A stretch of DNA of 64,000 nt from Camelus dromedarius (taxonomy: Eukaryota). The notes under the pieces are model-generated. The model worked only from the letters and a program-made list of their open reading frames with translations, was not told the DNA's origin and did not search any database. Location: positions 62,622,001-62,686,000 of the forward strand of contig NC_087437.1 in assembly GCF_036321535.1 (NCBI RefSeq), given 5' to 3'. Shown piece by piece: positions 1 to 12,581 of the stretch. The position numbers and the translations under genes are program-made. Position 1 is the first letter of the stretch. Each line of letters starts with the position of its first letter.

Positions 1-650
1 TTTCCATATGGGGCCAGACCACATAATGTGCCTTCCCTAGGCCAGAGGCAGAGGGAAGTGTTGTGGTCCCGGCCCAGGATGCACGCCTGTAAGAATGAGG
101 CTTTGTTTCCAAGGGCTGTCTTTGTGGTTCTTTGAAAATAAGCACATTTGCTCCAAAGAGCTCCACGCTAAGGGCTTACAAATGTTGGCTGGCCCCTCGC
201 CCAGCCCTTGTGGAAGCGGCTTCATGATACCTCCTGCCTGTCCAGTCTGCTCCTGAAACTGTTTACATGAAAGCTGAGATGTGGTCCAGCGTCCTGTACG
301 GAAGGCGGGGCCAGGCTGGGGTGTGGGAGCTTCAAGTTGGGGAGATGCAGCCGTGCACACACAGCCCGAGTAAAGTGGAGTGGCCACCAGGCTTCTCCTG
401 GGCTTTGCCATCGATTGCTGTGGGCCTTAGAACAGTCACCAGCCCTCTTTGAATCTTTCACTTTTTGTGCATTGGAGAAACCTGCCTGCCCCCCAGGTCT
501 CCCAGAAGCAATGTGGGGATTGCAGAGCATTGAGGGGAGGCCTTTGGGGAGAGGCATCCCCTTCATCACAGATGTGCCTGAGGTCTGGGTGTGAGGCTGG
601 GGAAATGGTGGTGCTGGTGGCTTTCCTCACCATGCCTTGGTCCCCTCCAG

Positions 651-817
651 AGTGTGGAACCGCCCCCAATGCCATGACCATCCTCCTGGTTGTGGTTGGC
701 AGCATCCTCCTGGTTGGGATTGCGCTCCTGGCCATCTGGAAGCTGCTCGTCACCATCCACGACCGGAGAGAGTTTGCAAAGTTCCAGAGCGAGCGATCCC
801 GGGCCCGCTACGAAATG
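651..817 (+). CDS. ITGB5: Integrin beta-5, penultimate coding exon (transmembrane helix and membrane-proximal tail)
   Basis: Acceptor tcccctccag ends at 650, donor gtaagc at 818. Translates [56 protein letters not shown], with the integrin-beta WKLL..HDRRE motif. Confidence 0.98.
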
Positions 818-1409
818 GTAAGCCAGTGGGAAGTTGGAAATAGAAAAATGATCAGGCTTCGGGGTCCAGTTGTGTTCAAACAGCCGACAAAAGCCCACTG
901 ACATGTTTGGAATTGAAAACAAAGGCAAAATGTGATCGCAGGCAGTATTTGCCCAATCCTGGATGCCCTGCACAGAGCCCTGTGCCAGACCCGGGTTAGG
1001 AGGCTTACAGGCAGGCGCTCAGTGCAGCATCAGCAGGAAGTCTGGATGGTCTGGACACAGTCCCGGAGAGGACCCCAAGCGCTCAGTCTGTCACAGATCT
1101 GTGTGTGTGAGTCTCGGGTCCCCAAGCAAACTGCTTGCTCCCGAAGGATGGAGCACTGAGTCAGTGCCCCTGAATCCCCAGTTAGTTTCTGTTAAAGCTG
1201 GAAGGGACTGTAGAGACCATCTGATGCAGCCCCTCCTTGCAGAGACAGACAGAAAGCTCTGGGAAGGGAGGGCCCTTCCCAGGCCTGCAGGTTCGAGGCA
1301 GCCAGGCCTGCAGCACAACAGCACTGACCCGAGAAGGGCCCCCAGCCCTGACTCTGCATGTTTGAACAAATGAACTAACGCACGTCCTCTGGCCTCCCCT
1401 GTTCTGCAG

Positions 1410-1505
1410 GCCTCGAACCCTCTGTACAGAAAGCCCATCTCCACACACACCGTGGACTTCACCTTCAACAAGTTCAACAAATCCTACAACGGCACAGTGG
1501 ACTGA
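1410..1505 (+). CDS. ITGB5: Integrin beta-5, terminal coding exon (cytoplasmic tail)
   Basis: Branch point actaac at 1374-1379, acceptor ctgcag ends at 1409. Translates [31 protein letters not shown] then TGA at 1503-1505, with NPLY and NKSY motifs. Not listed in the ORF track. Confidence 0.98.
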
Positions 1506-1885
1506 CGGTGCCTCCTCCTCAAAGGGCCGGAGGGGCACGTGCTCAGGTTAGAGGCGGACACGCTGGGACAGCTGCTCAGCCTGCTCACGGCTCCCTGCAC
1601 GGCCAAGCACGGTGACCTTCCAGTGGGCCTGGCCGAGGAGCCCACAGCTGCACAGCAAGGCGCCCGGCCGCGCCACCTGGCCACCCCTCCGAGCCTGGCG
1701 CCGGCCAGGGACTTTGGCGCTCTCGACTTTCCTCACCACATCTGGCTCGTGGTCTCAGTGAACTGCTGAGACACTGGGCTGCCTCTCCCTCCAGCCTGGC
1801 CAGAGGGGAAGGCTCTTGGGAGCGTCAGTGTAAAACACCGACAGACACAGTCTTAGCTTTTCTCGTGTTGATCATTTTTATATGA

Positions 1886-1891
1886 AATAAA
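1886..1891 (+). terminator. Candidate proximal ITGB5 poly(A) signal
   Basis: AATAAA in an AT-rich block 380 nt after the stop codon. Confidence 0.6.
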
Positions 1892-3011
1892 AAGATCGTG
1901 CATTTATGGTATAGTCCTGATTCCTGAGAATTACCTGCCTGGTGTCTGCCTCGCACATGGGCGTTGGTGATGGGATTATTGAGACGCCGGTTGAAGGCAC
2001 ATAGTTTGCAAATGTCAGCTTTCTTCTGTCCATGTTTGTTTAGTACTTTTGTAATGAAAAGGAAAGATTGTTTGGTAATGAAAGTAAAGACTAAAACCAA
2101 AAGATTCTGTGTTTGCCTGACACTCTTTATGACGTGCACGTTCTTCTCTAAGTGGTCGTGAATGGTGACCCAGTGGGGACTGAAATGGCTGTGCCCTCCC
2201 TCAGGGGACTCCACACCAGCCCGTCTGATACTCCAGATCAGGGCTCTTCACACAGCTCCATGTGGGGCTCGGGGGCAGCCGGTGGGGGTGCTCCAGGGAG
2301 GCCTGGGCAGGTGCCTTTGGACCCTCCCAACGTTTGCTTAAAGAGTTTAGGCTAGAAACTGTGCCGACCATCCCCTCGGCCTCCCGCCCCTGTCCACAGG
2401 TGCTGAGGCTGGAACTAGACTGTACAGATGAAGGGTCAAGATGTGATTTCCAAACTTCTTGCACAATATTATCAAGAACAATTTCTTTCCAGTGCCTTCC
2501 CCAGCCAAACTTCCATGCCCCAAAGCACAAAACCCATTTCACCTTTCCTTCCCTGCAGAGCCCGTAAGTCCCCATCTGTTCCCATCTTTCCCGTATCTGA
2601 GGCAAGAGGGCCCCCACACGTTACCTGATTCTATCCTCTTTAAAGAAGACGAAGCTAATTGCTGGAGAGGGGATGCGGCTTTCCCAGGTGTCAGGAGCCT
2701 AATGACAAACTGGTAGGAAGAGCCAGGTCTGGCAACTGGAGTGCCGGCCTCCTGCTACCGTCCTAAAATCTCACTTTTTTTCCCCTGTTGGCATCACTTC
2801 AAGGCTATTGGGTTTTCATTCCAAATTCATCTGCTCTCAGCCTTGGACCAAATTCCCTTTACTTAATTTTAGCAAACACTAAGACAGATGTCTATCAGAA
2901 AACAGCCCCATTACCTGGGGGAGATAGGAACAGATTCTGAGTTTCCTTTGTCCTATGTAATTAGGATGAAACAGATCTCGTGAAGGCGAAGCTGCCTTAA
3001 ATCCCTTTTGG

Positions 3012-3017
3012 AATAAA
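3012..3017 (+). terminator. Candidate distal ITGB5 poly(A) signal
   Basis: AATAAA with TGTA upstream (~2956) and GT/T-rich sequence downstream. Confidence 0.5.
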
Positions 3018-3569
3018 GCCAAATATAGGTATATATACAAAACAGATAAATGGTGGCTTTGAAACCTTTCTAAACAGAAAAATACGACTTTGGAAGAAAC
3101 TTTGGGTTTCTTTTTTGCTTGACTGTGGGTTTCTTGGAGACACATCATTAACTTGTTCAAAGTCATTTTCTATCTGGGCAGCTCTGTAAGGGCACAGTGT
3201 TCTTGAGCCGCCAACATAGAGGATGGTTTCCACCTGATATGGAAGTTAGGGGTATCCCCTTGGTGCCACCAGATGGCTGTTGTCAGAGCAGCTGCTCACA
3301 GTGGTCTGCTGCCCCCTGCTGGACACCCTGGGGACAGCAGTTCAGAGACGACTCCTGAGATCCTCACTACGTGATTCCCTTCTTTCTTGAGGTGATTCGG
3401 CCACACTTCCCGTTCCCCCGCCCTGCATCTCACCTGGGTTAACACAAATGATGGAGCAGGAGCTGAAGGTGGGCTGCAAAACTCTCTCAAACCGAAGGCT
3501 GACAGGCCCTTTCCTTCATTCTTTCCTCCTTTTTCCTTCCTTCCTTTCTTTCCTTTCTTTTGTAATCAA

Positions 3570-3820
3570 TTTATGTTGATTTAATAGTATTTCCAAATGC
3601 TACTTATTTTTATTGATTTTTAACAATTTTTTTTAATTGTAAAAGTAGTACATTGAAAAGATGGAAAATGAAGAGATCATAAAGTAAAAGTCTTTTATAA
3701 TCACACCACACAGAGGTAACCACTCTTGCTCTTTTTGTGGATGATGCCTGTCTTTCTTTTTCTATGGATATATGTGTAACTTTAAGCAAATTAGGATTAT
3801 AGTATCACTCTTAAAAAGGA
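3570..3820 (-). mobile_element. Old L1 (L1ME-like) 3' relic
   Basis: AT-rich segment ttataatcacaccacacagaggtaaccact resembles ancient L1 3' ends. Confidence 0.4.
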
Positions 3821-4949
3821 TGGGGATTCTCATTCCACTTGGTTGACTAGGCCTTAGTCAAACTAAAATAACTAACAGCTGCTTCTTCTGGGAAGACATG
3901 TGTTTTTAATTTGCTTAATTAGACTCAGAGCTGGAGGTTGATGATCATGGAACTCTTGGGATGAATTTCAGGTAACAGCAAACAGATGGGGAGATCAGAG
4001 GGGTGGAGAGAAGGTCCTTTTCTCTGCCCCAGTGCCATCTCTTACCTGAATAGCTCCTCCCTCTGTGCGGGGCTCCTGCTGCCTGGAGTGCAGCTTCCAG
4101 CAGGCTCTGTGACTGACCCGGAGGAGCAGCGGAGACAGCACAGCCGCGTAGAGGAGACTCAGGAGGAGGTAAGTGTGTCTGAGGCAGCCCTTGTGGACCA
4201 TGGAGCCAGCCCTGGAAGTACAGCCAGGGCCCTGCTGGACGTGTCCGTGAAAGCGGCGCTCCCGTCCCTCTCCTCCAGCTCAGCGGGCTCAGGAGGCTGG
4301 GACAGGTCTCTCCCCACCTGGCTTCTGTCCTGCCCCAGCTCAGGAGCTCCAGGCTTCTCAGGCAGGCAGGACACGGCTCCATTTTGCCCCCAGGCCCCCG
4401 GGGGAAGATGTAAGTGGAGCGAGACAGCTGAGCAGGCGGTGGTGCTGGGAAGGGAGAGCTGTGCTGGGAGACTCATCCTTCTCGGTCCGCGTGGATCCTC
4501 CTGCCGAGCTTGCGGCTTTGGGAGGGACGGTCACTGCCCAGCCAGCCCCAACTGACAGGGCTGCCGAGGCGGGTTGATGACGTGTCACAGTGAGATGGTC
4601 TTCACAGCCAATTTGTTTCTCTGGAGTTCAGTGCTGGGACATTCTGAGGCTTCATTTTGTCACACAATGGCACCTGTATAATTGAGTCTTGATAGTCAGG
4701 AGGCTGGGAAATAAATGCCACTAAGCGTAACCTACCTCGGGTTCTTACCAGGCTCCTCGTCCTCTCCACCGAACCCTGCTCCCTCTGCTGCCCCCATCCC
4801 CCCCGCCCCCACCTCCACCCTTGCTCTCCCATCCTTCTGAGAGGTGTCTTGCATAGTGTCTTCACTTTAAATGGCCTCAAATTCTTGTTGCAAAAAGGCA
4901 GGCTCTAAACTGCAAATAACCATAGGGTTATGAGCCCCAGCAACCTTCT

Positions 4950-5050
4950 AGGATAGTTCTTAACCATTTTGGGTTGGGGACCCTTTTGGTGTTCTAGTGA
5001 CCGCTACAGACCCCTGGTCAGAATAATGCTCATGAATGTGTAAATAAGGA
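4950..5050. mobile_element. hAT-Charlie-type DNA transposon relic
   Basis: tagttcttaaccattttgggttggggacccttt...gctacagacccct resembles Charlie-family MER ends. Confidence 0.4.
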
Positions 5051-7589
5051 ACATCCTGAAAAGCCTGGGTCTATCTATCAGGCAACTGGTTACCACTTAC
5101 CATCGTAGTCTGACTTCAGAAACACCCTGGAAGGCTCGCCAATTGTAGCTTCATTGGTCCTATTCCACAGACTGTCAAACACCTGAGACTAAAAGCAGCC
5201 TCTCCTCATTTGACCCTCACAATAGGCCCACGTGGTATTCAGGGAAGGTAATGCCTTCTCTTTCTAAGGAGGAGATTGAGATTGGTCACCTGTGGAGTGA
5301 GGGTGGGCACGTGACACCCCAGCTCAGGGATCCCTTCTCTGGTCTGCTGCTCTTTCCTCTGCGTCGCACTTTCTCTCAGGAAAAGCAAGACTGTCTTTCC
5401 TGATCCTAGAGCTCCCTCATATGACTAGGGAGTCATCTGAGTTTCCCACTTCGAGGCACACATCTTTACTGAAATAAAATGTACCTCCACGTACAGACAG
5501 GTTACAAAGTATCTCTCCCCCACCTCTTCCTTGCATCTCTCTCTTGTCCCCAGCTTAGGAGCAGTCTGGTACATGGGTGGTAACCACGAATCCACGCACA
5601 GCTCAAGGAACTTGTCTATCTAAAAAATGAGGGAAGATGACAGCTGACACACACTTCATGATTCCTGGCACAAAAGTTCAACACTGTAAAGAGTCCTTTC
5701 CATGGATGTGGCCATGGTTTGTGTAGGCACTGGTTCGTGGCGCATCTCCCTGCCAGTCCAGCTGGAGTACTTGCATGAGCAGACGTGGGTACTGGTTGGC
5801 ATTCACATCCTAGCCTGTGACCATAAAACTATTTTAAAAAACCTACACTGAACAGAATACACCGTCAGCTGAGGGTTGTGTGGCCACATCCTGAGTGAGG
5901 GTCTCCACGTGGGTGGGAGGTGGGGGCAGAGGCCCCAGGAGAGACGGGAAGGCCAGGGCTGCCTGCCTCTCCCGCCTGCCCAGCTGTCCCTGCAGGGAAT
6001 GTAGGCTTGACTTGAGCTGGGAGACATCCCGTATCGGAGGGACCCGGAGTCTAAAAGGGAGGAACAGGGGATGCTGCAGCCCAAAAGGAGACAGACTGTG
6101 GGATTCAGGGAAGTCCAAGGGCAGCAGGATGGCGTGGGCAGGGGAGGGGGGAGCATAAGGCAGGGAAGGAGATCTGACCAGGCTGTTTTCCCCTGAGCAA
6201 ATTCTGAGGCGAATAAGAATCTCTGGGCCATCACTCAGGTATGCAAAAAAACATTATTTTTTAACTCCATATCACCTCTACTTCAAGTATTCAAGTGATG
6301 GCAGAAAACAGTTACTAGGTAAAGAGGGACAGTGTCTTGTTAAACACAGTTGTCTCAGGACCCCCACGCCCCACCCTGCTGGTTGCTAGGTACAGTGTCA
6401 TGACCCTGGAGGTGGCCCACGGAACCGTCTGTGCACCCGACACCTGCTAAGACGTCACTGTCCTCATCAGAACCACTTTCCGTTGAAGTGTCCCTGCACA
6501 CTCGTGGAGAGCCTTCCAGTCCACCAGCTCTGTTTCTCAGTTAACTCCCACACCCTTTCAGAGAAATGAAAAGACTTCGTGGCTTCTCCCTCATGTTATC
6601 TGGAGGGACAGGAGGCTCAGGCCACCTCAGGCTCTGCCCCAGCCACGCATGGCCTCCAAGTCCACTGCCACGGCCCGTGCTGGGTCTCTGCACAGTCCCC
6701 GCTCTCCTGGGCCCCTCCTAGAAGAGCGAGGCCCAGAGCTCCTCTGTGGCCTGCACGCCTTTTTTCCTCCTCTCTTCCCTCCCTCCTGCCCTGGAGTTCA
6801 GTCTGGGGTCAGGGAGCCTGTACCACAGCCCACCCCTGGGTGACTGTGACCACCCCTCTGCCTTCTGTTCCTCTCCCCTGCTCCCTTGGTGGGAAGGAGA
6901 GGCAAATGTTCTTCCAAGCCAATACATACGCCAGAACCTTGAACTTTAAAAGTTAAAAAGCATTCTAATTGCTTTGTTTCTCTTTGTGTTTCCATTGTGG
7001 CATCCCTTTCCTGAGGCCAAAGGCCAAGTACAGAAACTGGAGAAAGCAGACTGCAGGGCAAAAAAGGAGGGAGGGGGAAAAGCTTGATAGTTCAGACGAG
7101 GCCTGATTACGAACTTTGAAGGCCTGAGGATCTAAAAAATGTGGCATCCCACACCCTATAATCCAAAATTAAAAATTAACAAAACAGCATTAACCATAAA
7201 ATAAACATACAGCACCCCAAGAGTCCTGGCCCCCCACCCCTCTTTTGGAGTACCAGATTCCTTCAAAAGGCATGTTTTGGTATCCTTGCTCCACTGGTCC
7301 CCTCGGCCCGCGCTCAGTCGGCCAGTCGCACGCCCCAGCACTGACGACACGACTCGCCCCATCCGCGGAGGGGTGGAGGCCGCACACTGCGGAGTCCGTG
7401 GGTCACCGGCTGGCTGACATGGGCTCATGGCGACGAAGCACAGTATCCCTGCAGGAGCCCGGCAGCTGCTGCTTCTGGAGAGATCACTGGAAGCAGGCAA
7501 AGGGGAAGGCAGACAGGGAGCCTGGGTCTTGGTGGAATAAAGTTTTGTCTCCCTCGTAACCAGGGCTACAACTGGCGTGGTGCACTGTT

Positions 7590-7960
7590 AAACGTGTCAG
7601 CCAGCTATTGCTGCACAACAAGCCTCCCCCAAATCCCACGGCCACGATACTGAGCACTTATCATCCTGCTCAGGGGCCTGCACACCAGGTGGGGCCTCGG
7701 CACCTCAGGCTGTGGAAGGCTGGTGTGGGCTCCACTCTTAATTTTTTCTTATTCTTCTGGGATGTGTGGGCTAATCAGGGCCTGATCATGGTGGCAGTGA
7801 AAGATGAGTGAGTAGAAACACGAGTCTAGGCTCAGAACTGGGTCCCTGTTCCCTCCACCCACAGTCCATTGGTCAGAGAAAGGTAACAGCTAAGCCCAGC
7901 AGCAGCGGGGCGTGGAAATACTCCACCTGAAATGGGAGGGGCTGCTGGGCCATACAGTGA
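7590..7960. mobile_element. MaLR LTR relic (MLT1-like)
   Basis: gctattgctgcacaacaa and ggctcagaactgg...ccattggtcaga...agctaagcccag segments resemble MLT1. Confidence 0.5.
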
Positions 7961-8314
7961 AGTGCATGGACTCGGGAGGGGGAAGGAAGCATGGGGACAT
8001 GGATGGTTTGGGCACTTTGTATTGAATCCTGGTGGCAATAGAAGCACGTGTCTCTTGAACGGTGACTGATAGGAAGCCTGGCTGCTGTCTCTTAGGGTGG
8101 CATGGAGGTCCTAATAAAAGTTTAGTTTAGAAACGAAGTTCCATAATGACTCGAACAGTGTATGTTGGGGTCACTCCGTGCTCAGGAAATACTTGATTAC
8201 ATGGTGAAAGACTATTATACGTATAGTATGTAGCTGCATGTGGACATAAGAGGGGGAAAGTTGAATCTATCTGCCTTACAGCAAGAGGGTAAAAAGAGTA
8301 ACAACGAAATACTA

Positions 8315-8480
8315 AGCTGGAGGGTAAGGACAGGGATTCTAGTCCTTACTCTGCCTGTCATTAGCTCTTCTGTAACCTTAGGCGAACCATTTCCCAACTG
8401 GCCTCCATTTCATCTGTGAAATGGGGTGATCAGATCAGATGATCTCTAAGGGGCTTCCAGTATCAGTTTCTGAAGATCCT
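8315..8480 (+). mobile_element. MIR SINE
   Basis: Core gattctagtccttactctgcc...catctgtgaaatgggg...gatgatctctaagg. Confidence 0.7.
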
Positions 8481-8819
8481 AGGGTAGAGTCACCACTTCA
8501 GCTGCTGACAGGCCCGTTCCTATTGGGCAGACACGCCTACTCTACTGCACACTCCCAGCCTCCCCTGACGAGCCTTTCAGAGGCACATGCTCAGGGCACC
8601 TCCCTCACTAGTGTGGATACAGTCCAAGCACTGAAGTGCCCCATGATCGGGCTGCTGGGAGCCTAAGAACACTCACAGCCAGGCCGCTACAACCCAAGAG
8701 CAGATCACACAGCTGGGCTCAGGACTCCTGGTTGTGACAGTCCTTCCTCAGAGTCTGTGGATGTCACTACGTCTCCAAGCTTCCAGTGTTCCAGGGACAG
8801 TCCACTACTAGTTGGATTC

Positions 8820-9250
8820 CTTTTCGAAGTAGTTTATTCCTCTAGATGCTTGTAAAATTCTTCCTTGAAGTGCCCTAATTTTTACAGGATATGCCTTTGT
8901 CCGTAACACCTGCCTGGAATTTAGTGAGCCCTTTTAATCTGCAGACTCAAGTATTTTTTCAAACTGGAAAATTTCCTCATTGTTCATTTCGATCATTATT
9001 TACTCTGCTCCCATTGTCTTCTCACATTCATGGATCTGTCCTCTAAGCCTCTCATCAGTTCCATCTTTGTCCTTTTGTTTTGAATTTTTATATTTCTTCC
9101 ACTTGATCTTCCTGCCCACAGATGTAGTTCTCAATATTATCATACCATCTTTAAATTTCCCATCAAATTTCCAAATTGACAACTACATTTTTAAGTTGAG
9201 TCCCTTTCCACAAATTGTGTCATCTTGTCTTTGCTATTTTGGTCCTTGAA
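8820..9250 (-). mobile_element. Old L1 fragment
   Basis: gagcccttttaatctgcagactcaagtattttttcaaactggaaaattt resembles antisense L1M sequence. Confidence 0.45.
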
Positions 9251-10324
9251 GTGTGGTCTGTGTCCTGTGGAGCTCAGTTTCAGCAGAGGGCACTTGTGCT
9301 CGCTTTCATTCAGAAACATTCGCTGGGTCTGATCCAGGTGCTGAGAATACCGCACTGATGGGAAATCCCTGCTCTCTTGGCGCTCACAGCTGTTACAGGT
9401 GGTTTTCTTTGCTTTTCTCCCCGGGTGGCTGGATTTCCTCAGGTGCTTCTCTGGCCTACCCTCGGCTCTGTACACTTTGACCCTCATGTAGCAGCAAACC
9501 CGCAACTGGTAGGAGGCGCACAGGCTGCATCCATGGGCCAGCACTGCACTAACCAGGACAGGCGGTCAGGAACCTCAGCTCCTCTGAAGCCAGGATCATC
9601 CAGTTGGTCCTCTGATGTGCGTGCACACACATGCACGTGCATCCTAGACCTGAGCCGCCCCACTGTTTCCTGTGCCCACCTACCTCAAAGGACAGACGAC
9701 GCCCTGTCTGTCCTCTCCTGTAAAGATCCTGGCAGAGCCTGTGGCCGTGCTTCTGGGCCTCGCCAGCTATTCTGTTCAGGAAAGGTGGGTGCATGGGAGA
9801 TGGGTGTCCTCAGGCTGCCCTTCACCCTCCAGTGCCCTTTCCCAGAGACCAGAGACAGTCCACAACAGCAGGAGGCTGAGCGGGGTCTGAGAGACCCCAG
9901 GCCTCTGCTGGCCACAAGCTGGTTGTGTGCAAGGCTCTTTGCCTTTCAGGGTCTTCACTCGTGCAGCCCTTAAGTGAGGACAGCAGACCAGGTTTCTCGG
10001 GTTCCTGGGGCGTCACGGACCGAATGGTTTACGCCTGGAGTCCGGGAAGAGGCTGGTCCTGGTGGGACTCTCCACCTCTCTTAGCCTTACACATTCTGGG
10101 TGCCCTGTGAGGGCTGTTCCCGTTTTCTTCATCAGGACCATGTGTTACTGGGTTTGGAGCTCATGCTCTACACATATTTCTTGACTGAGGAAGGGCTAAA
10201 AACATCTGATGCCTCTACAATACTTCTATGCTTAGCAGCCCCTCACAGGCCCTAGAGAGCCAAGTTCTTTGTCTTGTCTCAACCAGTTTGTGCTACAAAG
10301 TTTTATGTCTCCAGACTGCACGGA

Positions 10325-10490
10325 GCTTATTCTCCAAAAGCATCAAAATCACCTGAGGCACCTGTTATAAATGCAGATTCCCAGGCCTCACCTCAAATCT
10401 GCCGAAGCAATCTCTGATAATGGAGCCCAGGGATCTGCGTTTTAAATACAGGGCAGGGGCCAGGCGACCCTTCGGCATTCCTCTGATTTC
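10325..10490. mobile_element. MER5-like hAT element
   Basis: catcaaaatcacctgagg...aaatgcagattcccaggcc...ctgcgttttaaa. Confidence 0.65.
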
Positions 10491-10619
10491 CCTTCAAGTT
10501 ACCCAGAAGGGGCCCTTGGGGAGCTTCAGTAACAGAACTGGGTATGACTGGAGTAGGTTTCTCAGTAGGAGATGCAGGGAGACCCCAAAGACTATGTCAC
10601 TGCAGAAGAAAACTGACTA

Positions 10620-10805
10620 ACCAGGGCCGCGGCTCTCAGTGCAGTCCCCACACCAGCCTCAGCCCTGCCTGGGTACTTGTGAGAAATGCACTTTCATGTC
10701 CGATCCTGGAACTATCCAGAGTCAGAAATGCTGGAGCCAGGCCAGCGTCTGATTTAACAAGACTCCAGGTGATCTGACGCATGCTGAAGCGTGAGAACCA
10801 GTGAG
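10620..10805. mobile_element. MER5A-like hAT element
   Basis: cttgtgagaaatgca...tttaacaagactccaggtgatctgacgcatgctgaagcgtgagaaccagtg. Confidence 0.75.
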
Positions 10806-11456
10806 TAAGTCGGTAAGTGGGCACCTGAGTCCTCAGCACACCACTCCGATGGTCTCTCAGCCTTGAGGTCGCCAATACTTTGAAGGTATCCAAGGGATCC
10901 TCGTAGGTTCTTGTTAGAAAAATCTGCACCTCTTCCTCTTTCAGCTCCTTCAGAGTAGCCCCAAGCCCACAGCTCTTCCATTGCCTTCCTGCCTTTTCCT
11001 TGATAATATGTCTTTGCCAGAGGGAACTGCTCTGGAGTTGCAGCACTGGGACCCGAAGGTCAAACTGGACTTTAGAGCAGAAGCTAGTAAGTGTGGACTC
11101 CAAGATAAGCACCTAGTTGAAGTAAGAGGTTTCTATCTGAGTCATGAAAGCTGAAGAGCAGGGCAAGCAGGGTGGGAACAGCTGTCATGAGAAAGTGGCA
11201 AGTGTCATCCTCGGATACCTGCCACTGCCTGCAGGCGTGATGGAGCTGAGAAGGAAAGGCAGATTATGAGTGTGCTGGTGGAGTCTGAACTGAGAGCCTT
11301 CCTTCAAATGCAACTGCCACCCTAGCCCTGCGCAAGACCCTCAGGGCCTTGAATGTGCAGTGGGGCCATTTCAAAATGATCCTCTGAGCCCACACCCTCC
11401 CCTCCCTCTAAGATGCTTCCTCAACAGATCAAAGAAATATGAAAATGGGGAACAGC

Positions 11457-11462
11457 TTTATT
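11457..11462 (-). terminator. Candidate UMPS poly(A) signal
   Basis: First AATAAA I found on the minus strand downstream of the UMPS stop (~950 nt). Confidence 0.4.
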
Positions 11463-12411
11463 TGTACAGGGATCATCCAGAAACTCAGGAATTTCTAAGA
11501 GAAATTGCACCGGGGCCCAGAATGAGGGCTGCCCAACTGCCACGTGCACGAAGGCGGGGCCTGTGAGGGAAGGCAGATGCGCCCAGCCCAAAGTGGTTGC
11601 TACCTCTTGTCGCTGGTCTGCTTTCTCTTTACTTCTAAATGTGAGGCTGACATCCCTATCAACGATGGTTGGGAGAATCATGTAGGATCTTCAAGCAAAT
11701 CTCCAAATGAACCTCTTACCACTGTTCCCTTCTAAATAAATGAAGGGGCAGCTGGTCCACTGGTAATAGAAAAAAGGCAAAAGAAAGCAATGACTGGGGC
11801 CGACAACACCTGCCTCGGGGAAGAGATGAGTCAACAGCCCTGCCTGTTGAATGAAGGCCGGGCACTGGCTTCAGGGGCTCAGTTACCGTCATCACCTGCC
11901 CCTCCCCTCCCCTCCCCTCCCCCAGCTCCCTTGGGTGAGTGAGCAAAGGCAGTGCTGGGACCCAGCACCTTTTGGACACTTCGACCATCACTTTTAAGCA
12001 GAAGAGGAGGAGAACAGGAAATATCTAAACATTATTAGGGCATCAGAGACACCAAATAAAGGACACAAGAAATGCTGTACTGGTTTTAGCCTCTTGATGT
12101 CCTCAAATTTTTGTCCCATAGAAATTAAAAGAATCAAAAAGTCTGATACAGAGATGAGTGGATCTTCAAATATGGATTGCCTCACCAACATCAGTCTCAA
12201 TAAAAGGCAGCCTGAAAACGAACTGAGCATAGCGACAGTGCAGTGATTACAGGTCACTATATCCCCATAGCCCGTGGTAATTCCGGAAATCATTCCGACA
12301 GGACCAGTGGAAGACTCCAAGCAGTATTAAAGGTTGCTTATTATTTCAAGCCAGCAGCATCTCAGGAGACAATGTATCTTCAAGGCCTTCACAAAAATAT
12401 GTCGGAGACAC

Positions 12412-12581
12412 TCAAACAGCAAGTCTACTCAAATAAGCTTCCCAAGCAGCTTTTCTGTACATCTCAGCTGCTTCCAGACGATTTGGTGATGTTATTATGC
12501 CCCGGCCCACAATGATGATATCAGAACCTTGTTTGCCAATAACTTCCCGTGGGCTTCTGTACTGCTGGCCGAGATTATCAC
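12412..12581 (-). CDS. UMPS: UMP synthase exon 6 (ODC C-terminus)
   Basis: Acceptor tttttgtag. Translates [30 protein letters not shown]...[11 protein letters not shown] then TGA; 170 nt. Confidence 0.98.

Noticed and set aside
3945..4588. Overlapping 145-189 aa ORFs
   Set aside because: Low-complexity translations on both strands of GC-rich DNA with no recognisable domain.
9377..9973. 198-aa ORF
   Set aside because: Non-ATG start and no recognisable motif; typical chance ORF in GC-rich intergenic DNA.
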